64,000 bases of DNA from Myxococcales bacterium (GTDB lineage Bacteria; Desulfobacterota; Binatia; HRBIN30): NCBI GenBank assembly GCA_037445065.1, contig JBBILD010000019.1, forward strand, positions 11,938 through 75,937, in the 5' to 3' direction. Numbering within the stretch: the first letter of the stretch is position 1; each line of letters begins with the position of its first letter. The notes under the pieces were generated by a model. That model worked only from the letters and a program-made list of their open reading frames with translations. It had not been told where the DNA came from and searched no databases. Both the position numbers and the translations under genes were made by a program. This document shows positions 38,792 through 47,753 of the stretch, one piece after another.

Positions 38792-39116
38792 GAAGGACCG
38801 CCTTGGCCAGAAGCTCAAGGACGTCGAGCGGGCGCGGGAGGACTTGTACTTCGCCGAGCAGGATCGCAAGCTGATCGAAAAGATGCGCAAGGCCAAGGCG
38901 GAAGAAATGGAAGCTCACATCCGCCAACTGGCGCACCTGCGTTGCCCGAAGTGTGGGGCTCGGCTGCAGCATGTGATGGAGCGAGGGGTGGCAGTGGAGG
39001 AGTGCCCCGAGTGTCACGGGATCTGGCTAGACCATGGTGAACTCGAACAGATCGCGGGACAGGAACAAGAGGGCTGGTTTGCGCGCTGGTTGCGCGGAGA
39101 GTTTCGCAAGCCGTAG
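38778..39116 (+). CDS. zf-TFIIB-like zinc-ribbon protein with helical N-terminus
   Basis: CPKC...ECPECHGIWLDHGELEQI. Confidence 0.85.
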   Translation: MAADEKDRLGQKLKDVERAREDLYFAEQDRKLIEKMRKAKAEEMEAHIRQLAHLRCPKCGARLQHVMERGVAVEECPECHGIWLDHGELEQIAGQEQEGWFARWLRGEFRKP

Positions 39117-39152
39117 CACTGGCTCCGCCGACTAGCCTCTCGTTGGCGACAC

Positions 39153-39188
39153 AAAAAGGGGCTCCCCCGTTTGGGGGAGCCCCTTTTT
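39153..39188. terminator. Bidirectional intrinsic terminator
   Basis: AAAAAGGGGCTCCCCC-gttt-GGGGGAGCCCCTTTTT between convergent genes. Confidence 0.9.
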
Positions 39189-39206
39189 ACTTGGGGCAAC
39201 CAGTGA

Positions 39207-40508
39207 TCAGTCAGAGATGCTGGTCAGGTGCTTCAAGGTGAAGTAGTCACGAGGGAACTTGGTCTCGATGAACTGAGAGCTGTAACGCCCGCCGATCGCA
39301 GCGCGGTTCGTCTTGTCATTCACGCCGACCACCATGTTGGGTGTGACCGCCGTAAACGTACCATCGTCGCTGCGCGACCAGTGGTAAGCGCACATGGCGT
39401 TGTAAAAGTACTCTCCGGCACGGTTGTGCACGAGCTTCCACCAGATCCGGTACATGTCCTTGTCCATGAACATGATGACCTTTCCGAAGTTGTAGTATGG
39501 GTCCTCGGACTGTCCTTCGAGGATCCATACCGGGCGGGGGATCATGTTCAAGTTCTCGACGATTAGCCAGGGTGCACCCTTTGCGCCAGGCGTTTCGTAC
39601 GCTCCCTTGAAGTAGGGAATTTCCACCTCCCAGCGCGTAGGTGAGACTTGCTTTTGCTTGAGCGGCTCTGGGCTCAGCACCGGCGCCAAGATTTTGCCCT
39701 CGCCCACCAGTTTCCATTTGTAGTACTCGACCTTCCCCGCGTAACAGTTCACGTCGTCCGCAAAAATGTCCAGCCCCGCCACTGGGTCGGAGCGGGTCGC
39801 CGCATTCACGCGGCGCACGCGGCGCGTCGAAGGCACGTAGAACCAAGCCTGGTCCTGCGAGGTCCAGTCGTTGATCACCTTCGTCAAGCCACCGACACCG
39901 TCCACATCTTGCGGTTCCAGCACGTTGGAGAGACTGGTGGCGCGCAAGTTTTCGGGGTTTTCCATGGGGCCGGCGGAGCGCCCGAGGAACGCATTTATAT
40001 GGAGCCAAAGCTTGATGCGCTTGAATTCGCCACTGCTGTCAATCCCGTTGAGCGTGAAGGTTGCGCCTTGCCCGTTCCCCATGCCGTTTGCTGCTTGGAA
40101 GTTCCAGGCCATCTTGCAGGCTGCCATTGGGTCCTTCGGGTCAATTTTGGGGAACGGGTAGCCAAAGTAAAACTCGGGCATCTTGCCTGTCTTCACGTCC
40201 TTCAACCCGCAAGTACCCGGATCGAGGTCGTACTTGCCGTCGTTAGCCTCGCTGGCCTCCCAGAAGCGTTTCGAGTAGTTCTGCTTGAATTTCTCTGGGT
40301 CGACCGGGACGACCTTGAACCAGTACTCCCCGTTCTTGACTCGGTTCAAGATCACCTCGGGCAACAAGTCCTTCCCGAGTTGCCAGTTGTTTTGATCTAG
40401 GATCCACGGCTTGTCGCCCTCTTGTGCTCGTGCGCTGCCGTTGACAAGCAGGGCACAAGCTAAGCTGAGCGCTGCCAGCATCCTGCCAGACCATTGAAAC
40501 CGTTTCAT
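39207..40508 (-). CDS. DUF1329 family periplasmic protein
   Basis: Signal peptide; GYPFPKIDPKDP...MAWNF, WFYVPSTRRVRRV...RSDP, DPYYNFGK; context of DUF1302/YCF48/MMPL. Confidence 0.85.
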   Translation of the reverse strand: MKRFQWSGRMLAALSLACALLVNGSARAQEGDKPWILDQNNWQLGKDLLPEVILNRVKNGEYWFKVVPVDPEKFKQNYSKRFWEASEANDGKYDLDPGTCGLKDVKTGKMPEFYFGYPFPKIDPKDPMAACKMAWNFQAANGMGNGQGATFTLNGIDSSGEFKRIKLWLHINAFLGRSAGPMENPENLRATSLSNVLEPQDVDGVGGLTKVINDWTSQDQAWFYVPSTRRVRRVNAATRSDPVAGLDIFADDVNCYAGKVEYYKWKLVGEGKILAPVLSPEPLKQKQVSPTRWEVEIPYFKGAYETPGAKGAPWLIVENLNMIPRPVWILEGQSEDPYYNFGKVIMFMDKDMYRIWWKLVHNRAGEYFYNAMCAYHWSRSDDGTFTAVTPNMVVGVNDKTNRAAIGGRYSSQFIETKFPRDYFTLKHLTSISD

Positions 40509-40580
40509 TGCCAGACCTCCTAAAAGGTTTTCCTTTCCCTTACTCCCAACCCGCCCTGAACTGCGGTGCGGTTTCCTTGG

Positions 40581-43163
40581 CTACCTCCCGGTGCCCAGGG
40601 CTGCTTGTTGTTCAACCAACATAGCTCTCGGCTTTCGGTTTACCAGGAACCCGGGGCGCAACACCTTCACGAAAGCCGGTACGACGACCAGGCCACCGAA
40701 CGTGTTGAAGCTCATGAGCAGTGCCAGCAGCAAACCCATTTCCGCTTGGAACTTGAGGTCCGAGAACCAGAAAAACCCGGTTCCTGCAACCATGGTGGAG
40801 GCGGTGAAGATGATGGCCTTGCCGGTTGTGGCAGTCGCGTAGTCCACTGCCTCGTCGAGCTTCCCGATTTCGTCGTACGTGTCGATCATTCGACTAAAGT
40901 GATAAATGCCGTAATCCACCCCGACGCCCGCTCCTGCAGCGGCAATGGGTAACGAGTTCACATTCAAGTCAATGCGGAACCAAACCATCAATGCCTCGGC
41001 CGCCAACTGGGAGAGGACTACGGGGATCATCAGAATGAGGGAACAATACAGCGAGCCGTACGTCAGATACAAGCAGATGTACACGATCACGAAGATCAAA
41101 CCGAGATTTTTCCAGTAAGAATTCTCGACCTCTTCGTTGACCGCGGCGAGGATACCGAAGAGACCGCCAGCAAACCGGAAATCTACGAAGCCCTCGGTGT
41201 ATTGGTTCACGAACTGCCGCGCATGATCAATCGAACTCATGATGATGTCGTGGGAATGTTCGTGGAACAACGTAATCACCGAGCCGTAGCGCGCACTGGG
41301 GTCCATGAAGAAGTTCAGTGCCGCAATGTTGGCGTTTTGGGTGAACGTGTAGATGATTTGGCCGATTTCCTTCGGATTCAGCGGGATGATGGACCACTTG
41401 GGATCGCCGTCGTGCTGGAGGCGGGCGAGCTGCTTGATCACATCAACGATCGTAATCGTACCGCTGGCTCCGCGCGCACTTTGCATGTGGTAGGCGAACT
41501 CTTCGATCGTCGTTAGAGCCTCGGCCGACTTGACGCCGTTCGGCTGTTTGGTGTCGGCAATGATGATGAGCTGGCTGGCACCTAAGAATTTGTGGTTGAG
41601 AATGTTGTAGGCCACGTTGTACGGGTGTTCTTGGAAGAGCAGCGCGGCGCCCGGGGTCATGTCTCCCACCTTGAGTTGCCATCCCCACATGGGCAGAAAG
41701 GCGTACAGCCCCACAGTGAGCGCGATCACCGCCCAACGCCTCCAGCCCTCACTGGCATTGATGACCAGTTGCGTAAAGGCGGGATAAATCCGCTCGCAAT
41801 ACACAAGCCAGTACCATCCGATCACAGGCGAGATCAGGAGGAAGGCGATCATGCCGGGGCCAATGAATTCGAGGGCGCGCGCCAGGCCGGTAGGCAGGCC
41901 GGAGATCACGGAGGCGATCAGCCCACTCTGGTCGAGGGCGACGGCAACCGCAACTGCTGCAATCAGAACTGCTGTGCCGGCCCAAATGTTCATGTGCTGA
42001 GCGGGCCCCGTGCTGTGGTCCACGGGTGGGGGTGGGTCAATGTACGAGAGGATGATCGGGTGAAGAGTTACCACGCTGATAAAAATGGAAATCACCCAAA
42101 AGCTCGCGAAGATGGCGACTTTCTGAATCAAGGGGATCGGCGCCACCGCCACGATCAGAAGTCCGATTCCGTCGGTTACGATTGACGCGATCGCCGGTGC
42201 GAACAAGTGCGAATAGGATACAACGATGGCTTGGTCCTTGTCCTTCAGGCGATAGAATTCCTCGTGGTACCGGTCCATGGACTGTACCGAGTGACTTAGC
42301 GCCCGAGCGGTCAGAAAGAGTGGAATCACCAGCACGAGCGGGTCGAGGTTGAAGCCCAGCCATGCGGCGATGCCGAGACCCCAAACACTCGACAGGATCC
42401 CCGAGAAGATGGGTACCCAAATTCCGGTCCACGTGCGGAAGTAAGAGTACAACAGAAACGACAACGCGATCGTCGTGAGCACGAAAACCAGGGCCAGTTG
42501 TCCGCTGTACTGGAGGACGGAAGTGTAAAGCCAAGGGAAGCCGGTGATGTGGACGGTGTGATTCGCATCTTCTACTTCCGCCTTCAGTTGCATCATCCGC
42601 TCGTAAAGGTACCGGAAGTCAAGAGCTTCTTCCCAAAAGCCGGTATTTACGACTGCGGCCGTGTCATCCGAAGCAACGTACACTCCGCGGATGTTGGGAT
42701 TGGCGTACACCGCGAACCGGACGCGATCTGCGTCGGCTTGTGTCTGCGGCACACCAGGGTAGAAGATTGGCCGTACCTGCACAGCTCCTTGCGTTGCTGT
42801 GGCGCTGCTCACCGCGGGGTGCGCGATCGATAAAATCTGGTACGGCACCACCCCCTTGGTGTTGATCATGAACTTGGTGATTTGATCCAGCTTTTGCAGC
42901 GTGGTTGGGTTGTAAATGTCGCCCGATTTGACCTCCAAAATCACGTTCATGATGTTCGCGGTTCCGAACATTTTCCGGAACTCGTGGTAAAATTTGATGT
43001 ATTTGTGCTGCCGCGGGTAGAAATCGAAGAAGTCCGTGTGAAGGCGGATTTTGGTGAGGCCGTAAGCGAAAAACAGGGTCATCAGCGTGACAAACAGTGT
43101 GACCCCGCGCCGGTACTTCAGTAGGAAACGGAGATACGCCTCGATCCATCGCTGCGGAAACAT
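40581..43163 (-). CDS. MMPL/RND-superfamily inner-membrane transporter
   Basis: Duplicated RND halves; ARALSHSVQ...RY, GVGVDYGIY, TTGKAIIFTA, KFQAEMGLLL. Confidence 0.92.
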   Translation of the reverse strand: MFPQRWIEAYLRFLLKYRRGVTLFVTLMTLFFAYGLTKIRLHTDFFDFYPRQHKYIKFYHEFRKMFGTANIMNVILEVKSGDIYNPTTLQKLDQITKFMINTKGVVPYQILSIAHPAVSSATATQGAVQVRPIFYPGVPQTQADADRVRFAVYANPNIRGVYVASDDTAAVVNTGFWEEALDFRYLYERMMQLKAEVEDANHTVHITGFPWLYTSVLQYSGQLALVFVLTTIALSFLLYSYFRTWTGIWVPIFSGILSSVWGLGIAAWLGFNLDPLVLVIPLFLTARALSHSVQSMDRYHEEFYRLKDKDQAIVVSYSHLFAPAIASIVTDGIGLLIVAVAPIPLIQKVAIFASFWVISIFISVVTLHPIILSYIDPPPPVDHSTGPAQHMNIWAGTAVLIAAVAVAVALDQSGLIASVISGLPTGLARALEFIGPGMIAFLLISPVIGWYWLVYCERIYPAFTQLVINASEGWRRWAVIALTVGLYAFLPMWGWQLKVGDMTPGAALLFQEHPYNVAYNILNHKFLGASQLIIIADTKQPNGVKSAEALTTIEEFAYHMQSARGASGTITIVDVIKQLARLQHDGDPKWSIIPLNPKEIGQIIYTFTQNANIAALNFFMDPSARYGSVITLFHEHSHDIIMSSIDHARQFVNQYTEGFVDFRFAGGLFGILAAVNEEVENSYWKNLGLIFVIVYICLYLTYGSLYCSLILMIPVVLSQLAAEALMVWFRIDLNVNSLPIAAAGAGVGVDYGIYHFSRMIDTYDEIGKLDEAVDYATATTGKAIIFTASTMVAGTGFFWFSDLKFQAEMGLLLALLMSFNTFGGLVVVPAFVKVLRPGFLVNRKPRAMLVEQQAALGTGR

Positions 43164-43192
43164 ACGTGCGGGTCCTCCTCAAGCTGCGCTCG

Positions 43193-44215
43193 TCAGTAGA
43201 CCTTTTTCAATGGCGTGATGGTGTCACGATCGACGGACAAAACCAAGCCCCTCGCGCCAGCAATAAATCCCCGGCCGTCGGGCAGCAAGGTAATGCCGCG
43301 GAACCACGAGCCGGCCATGCGAACCGGTACCTCGGCAAGTTGCCACGTCTTACCGGCGTCTTTGCTGTGCAAGATGAATCCGCTGTTTCCGACCGCCCAA
43401 CCGAACAGTCCGTTCACCGCGATGTCATACAAGGGGAGAACGAAGCCCTTCGGTCGTTCCACGTTCTCCTTGTTCCAGGTGGCGCCCCCATCGGTCGTAG
43501 ACAAGAGGATCGCCTCGAGCCCGACTGCCCAAGCTCGTTCGCTGTCGAGCGCGTGAATGCCGAACAAAGTGGTTTCCACTCCACTACGCTGCTGCTGCCA
43601 GGTGAGGCCGCCGTCTGTGGAGTGCAGGATCACTCCAAACTCGCCCGCAATCCAGACTTGATCCCGAGTAGCAAACGTGGCCCCGTACAAGATCACGTCT
43701 CCAGGTTGGACCACTTCAGCAATGTCCGGTGGCAGCTCGATGTTTTCTGGAAGCGGGATTTTCTCCCAGGTGCGGCCGCCATCCTCCGTGCGCAGCAAAG
43801 TGCCGAAGTCGCCAATCGCGATACCCCGCTGTGCATCGACCAATTGGATATCGAGCAGGTTGCGCGTCGTCCCCGACTCTTGTTTGGTCCAAGTGCGGCC
43901 GGCGTCTGGTGAGTGTGCAATTTGGCCGGCCTGACCAGCGATCCAGAGTTTCTCGCCCACGCAGGAGATTGCCACAAACGGCCGTTTCGTTCCGGCGCTT
44001 TGCACTTCCCAGGAGCGTCCCGCGTCGGTTGTGTGGAAGATCCGGCCAAGGTCCCCGACCGCCCATGCCTCGCTGTTGTCCTTGGCGCAGATCGAAAAGA
44101 GGTTCTGGCGCAGCTCTTCAGAAGAAATTTTCTCCGCCGCCGGTACTGACAGGGCGAAGCCGCAAGCGAAGACCCCCGCTATGTAAATCAACATCCTCCT
44201 ACGAACAAAAGCCAT
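43193..44215 (-). CDS. YCF48-like BNR-repeat beta-propeller protein
   Basis: Repeated Asp-box (HTTDAGRSW, SPDAGRTW, TEDGGRTW, STDGGLTW, TTDGGATW, SKDAGKTW). Confidence 0.9.
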   Translation of the reverse strand: MAFVRRRMLIYIAGVFACGFALSVPAAEKISSEELRQNLFSICAKDNSEAWAVGDLGRIFHTTDAGRSWEVQSAGTKRPFVAISCVGEKLWIAGQAGQIAHSPDAGRTWTKQESGTTRNLLDIQLVDAQRGIAIGDFGTLLRTEDGGRTWEKIPLPENIELPPDIAEVVQPGDVILYGATFATRDQVWIAGEFGVILHSTDGGLTWQQQRSGVETTLFGIHALDSERAWAVGLEAILLSTTDGGATWNKENVERPKGFVLPLYDIAVNGLFGWAVGNSGFILHSKDAGKTWQLAEVPVRMAGSWFRGITLLPDGRGFIAGARGLVLSVDRDTITPLKKVY

Positions 44216-44270
44216 CTTCTCTGGTCCTTTCAAAAACGGTTTCGGCGATGCGAACCCTTTCTCCCATAAT

Positions 44271-44306
44271 GAGACGCTGCACAGCCGCGAGGCTGTGCAG
44301 CGTCTC
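44271..44306. repeat. Perfect 16-bp inverted repeat inside the operon
   Basis: GAGACGCTGCACAGCC-gcga-GGCTGTGCAGCGTCTC; no U-tract. Confidence 0.85.
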
Positions 44307-44336
44307 CTGAACAGCGCAACAGAGTACGAAGGGGGT

Positions 44337-46346
44337 TCAGATGACGTACTCGATGCGGAACTGAACGTTGTCTCGGTCCTTGAGCAAACTCACTCCGCTC
44401 CCACCCTTGTAGATGTGCGAGTCGAGCCAGCTGTAATCAATGGCAAAGCGGAACGGGTCCTGAATGATGGTGAGACTGGGTTGAATCACGATCGCGCCGC
44501 CCCAGTCGTAAAAGACGGTCAGGCCGGGGTTCACCGTGCCACTTCGGTACGAAGTGCCAATGAACAACGTGTGTAAAAACGAGTCGGCGGGTTGGCTGAC
44601 AAACACGTCCTCGAGTCGAGGGAAGATCGAGCCATTGAAATCAAAATCCACCTGGGTGAAACGCACCGGAAGGACTTGCCGGTTCGGGTTGGGTGATCCA
44701 TCCGGAGCGTTCGGATTGCAGATTTTCTTCGCTCTGAGTTCCGCGTTGCAGAACAACGGTCCGTCGGGGTGAGCATTTTTGATGTGCTTGTAGAAGAATT
44801 GCGTCGAGATGAAGAAAGTCTGGTGCGGGTTCAAAAAGCGGATCCACTGGTTGCGGTCGATTCCAAGCACGAAGTTGATCGAATCCCGGAGTTCCCGTTG
44901 GCCGTGCGTTCGGCGTCCGCCGTCGGTCCGCCTTCGTGCAGTGAACTGGCCTAGGTTGAACTCAAAGGGGTTGAGGTCCTCCTCTTGGAACGACGGCTCG
45001 TCCTTGAAGTAGGCAAGTTCACTACGGATCACGCTATAAAACTGCGGCAAGGCGAAGGTCGTGGTGATACCAGAGATCTGTACCCTAGGAGCGCTTTGCA
45101 CCACGATGATGGGCGCGCCGCAATTCAGGTTGCTCAGGTCCGGCTGCGACGGGTTGCCAGGGGTCCCGCATGGCAGGCCGTGGCCGGGTGGCACGGACCA
45201 CCGCTCCGTCACTGGATCGAACCGGTTGCCCACGAAGTTGTTCCGCGACCCAAAGATAAACGGCCGCACATTGCCGTTATCATCCCGTCCGGCGGCTGAG
45301 AACACTTGGAGGGCAGGGGTGTCCAAGTAGGTGTAGTAGTGTGCCAAGCTAAAAGTCGCGTCGAACAGGTTGAACACCAAGCGCCCCCCGCCCCGGGCGT
45401 CGCTGAAGGTACGCGAGGGCGCGAGCTTCACGGAGATGGAGTCGTTGGAGGGGGCTCCTAGGCCAGGCAAGGTCCACGGTGAACCTGGTGCTACGCCGGG
45501 AATGAAACCCACTTTGTTATCGATTGCGATGTAGCCCTCGAGAAACACCTCCGACAGCGGGCCTGCGTCACCCACGTAGTACTGCCCGCGCAACATGTCG
45601 AGCGGAACCCGGCGCTCATCCAGGGGGATGAGGAACCCGCCGAAGCTGTTATCGAGGGGGTTGATGTTGTCGAGGAGGCGAAATGCGTCCGTCTCCCCCC
45701 AAGACAACAGTTGCCGCCCGATGCGAAAGAAGAAGTCCCCAGTCTTCACATCCACATACGCTTGGAACAGGCGCTCCCGGTGTACCCCTTGCTTTCGCAA
45801 TTGTCGGCGAAACGTGAACATGGTGGTGGCGAATTGGTTGACCCCACCTGGAAAAAGCGGCGGGCCGATGAATGGGTTGGGTGGATCTGCCTTGGCGAGC
45901 CGCTGGAACTCACGGGCTGTGCTGAATTCCTTTGGCCCAAAATCGTAAATCCCGTCGCCCTCGCCACGGAACGTGAGCCCGTAGCTCAAGTCGCGGATCT
46001 CAAACGGGAGATCGTTGAGTAAGCTGAGGGGCCCGATTCCTTCCCGGCGGAGGCGATCCAGGTCGTGCTTCAGTTCGGCCTCGATGAAGACCCGATTCTG
46101 CCGCAGATGGCCTGCGGCAGAGCGGGGCCACGTGGCCCCAGTGGCCACTCCTGGGTCGTCCGTATCCCGCACGCCGTCGTGCGTTCGCTCGGTCCCGATA
46201 CGAGCGTTCACGTACGTTCGCACGCCGAGCTTGATGTCGCCATCCTTGTCTAATGGCACCGCAGGTGCCCGGCCGCGCCCAACAACGGCGAGCGCTAGGA
46301 AGATTGCGCCCGCCACTGCCCAACTCCTCATCCCATAACGTGCCAT
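44337..46346 (-). CDS. DUF1302 family outer-membrane beta-barrel protein, copy 1
   Basis: Signal peptide; FRIGRQLLSWGETDAFRLLDNINPLD; C-terminal KDRDNVQFRIEYVI; GAGGAGG SD at 46346. Confidence 0.85.
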   Translation of the reverse strand: MARYGMRSWAVAGAIFLALAVVGRGRAPAVPLDKDGDIKLGVRTYVNARIGTERTHDGVRDTDDPGVATGATWPRSAAGHLRQNRVFIEAELKHDLDRLRREGIGPLSLLNDLPFEIRDLSYGLTFRGEGDGIYDFGPKEFSTAREFQRLAKADPPNPFIGPPLFPGGVNQFATTMFTFRRQLRKQGVHRERLFQAYVDVKTGDFFFRIGRQLLSWGETDAFRLLDNINPLDNSFGGFLIPLDERRVPLDMLRGQYYVGDAGPLSEVFLEGYIAIDNKVGFIPGVAPGSPWTLPGLGAPSNDSISVKLAPSRTFSDARGGGRLVFNLFDATFSLAHYYTYLDTPALQVFSAAGRDDNGNVRPFIFGSRNNFVGNRFDPVTERWSVPPGHGLPCGTPGNPSQPDLSNLNCGAPIIVVQSAPRVQISGITTTFALPQFYSVIRSELAYFKDEPSFQEEDLNPFEFNLGQFTARRRTDGGRRTHGQRELRDSINFVLGIDRNQWIRFLNPHQTFFISTQFFYKHIKNAHPDGPLFCNAELRAKKICNPNAPDGSPNPNRQVLPVRFTQVDFDFNGSIFPRLEDVFVSQPADSFLHTLFIGTSYRSGTVNPGLTVFYDWGGAIVIQPSLTIIQDPFRFAIDYSWLDSHIYKGGSGVSLLKDRDNVQFRIEYVI

Positions 46347-46454
46347 TTGGGACCCTCCTCCTTTGTTCCCCAGCGCCAACCCCTTCCTCATCTCCATTCT
46401 CGTTGGCGTTCGGTTGGCTTGTTGGGCCGCTTCCCTACGCTAGGTGCCGGTTCG

Positions 46455-47753
46455 ATGTCAAGTAAATCAACGGTGAGCGTCCGCCCTGAATCGTGGCTGT
46501 GGGTGGTGATCTGCCCCTGCGCGATGGTTTTGGCCTCGGCTCCCGCCGTAGCCCAATTGGCACCTGAACGATCCTGGGAACCGATTGAACTTGCGGGCGA
46601 GGTCCTGCCTCGACTCCTCCGTTGCCCTGTGGAGCGGGTCGAAGCGCTGGCATGCAGAGGCGCTAAGTGCACGCCCATTCCGATTCAGGTTGACGAGCAG
46701 GACCCGGGTGGGCGGTGGGTGCTCGATGTAGGCAGCGAAGGGGCGCAGGATGAAGAACCCGGGCTGCTGGATCGTACCGATCGCATCGTGCTCCTTGCTG
46801 GGTCGCTCGGGGCGCCGCCTTCGACGCCCGCGTCACCGCGGGAGGGGATCCGGGTGGTAGCGCTCGATCCGGTGGACGGGCAGCGCGGAGAGGCGGTAGT
46901 GCGCTGTGGTGGTGCAGCGGAGCCCGCCCCCAGAATCGCGCCACCCTATGACCCGGTGTCGGGACGGGTCTGGCTTCGTCGTGCGCAAGTGCGGTTCGCG
47001 CAGGGGTTGCCGCGAGCGCTCGCGTTGAACGAACCGGAAAATGTACTGGATCGCCTGAAAGTCCGGGCGCAAGCGACCTGGCTTTGGGGCCTACTGCGTC
47101 TCACGCGCGACGAGGAGGACCTCGAAAGCTCCCTACTCGGCTGGCGGGCCGGTCCCCTGCGCGTACTGCGCGTGCAAGCACAGTGGGTTCGACTGGGGTA
47201 TGGGTTACGTACCCCGATTCTCCGTTCGTACGCCGCGTTCTATCCCGACGCCGTGGTGTTGCCGCTTGCTTTCCGGCTGCGCTTCCCAGCTGCCTTCTTT
47301 TTTTCCAGCGTCCGCGTAGAAGTGTACGCGGACTTCCGGGATCTGCGCGGATGGCAAGTGATGTTGCCGAATGGGCGTAGCGCCGTTGTTGATGGACGCA
47401 TGGACGGGCTCGACCTGGCACTGAATGGGCAAGAGGTGCGGGAGTTCGCCTTGGTGGGGCCGGCCGCCGCTCTGCTCGCCTCGGTCGGTTTGAGCCCTTC
47501 TCTTGCTTCACTGCGGCAGACCTTACTCTACCGCGACGGGTTCGGCTTCAGGCATCCGCCAGAGGAAGTCCCCGGAGAGCTACCTGGGATCGGTTTCGAG
47601 TTTACCAACTGGCAATCCGTGGGCAGTGGGACGCATGGCGCGCGGGCGGTACTTGTGGTTTTCCCCAATGATGCGAGTGTTGGCCGCGCTTTGCAAACGT
47701 TGCGCGTCCCGCTCGAGGTTCAGGTCCAACCCATCCCTTCGCCCTCGCCCTAA
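46455..47753 (+). CDS. Hypothetical exported protein
   Basis: Long ORF fills the gap between the two DUF1302 genes; signal-like ...AMVLASAPAVA; PIPIQVDE and NVLDRLKVR motifs; start uncertain. Confidence 0.65.
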   Translation: MSSKSTVSVRPESWLWVVICPCAMVLASAPAVAQLAPERSWEPIELAGEVLPRLLRCPVERVEALACRGAKCTPIPIQVDEQDPGGRWVLDVGSEGAQDEEPGLLDRTDRIVLLAGSLGAPPSTPASPREGIRVVALDPVDGQRGEAVVRCGGAAEPAPRIAPPYDPVSGRVWLRRAQVRFAQGLPRALALNEPENVLDRLKVRAQATWLWGLLRLTRDEEDLESSLLGWRAGPLRVLRVQAQWVRLGYGLRTPILRSYAAFYPDAVVLPLAFRLRFPAAFFFSSVRVEVYADFRDLRGWQVMLPNGRSAVVDGRMDGLDLALNGQEVREFALVGPAAALLASVGLSPSLASLRQTLLYRDGFGFRHPPEEVPGELPGIGFEFTNWQSVGSGTHGARAVLVVFPNDASVGRALQTLRVPLEVQVQPIPSPSP

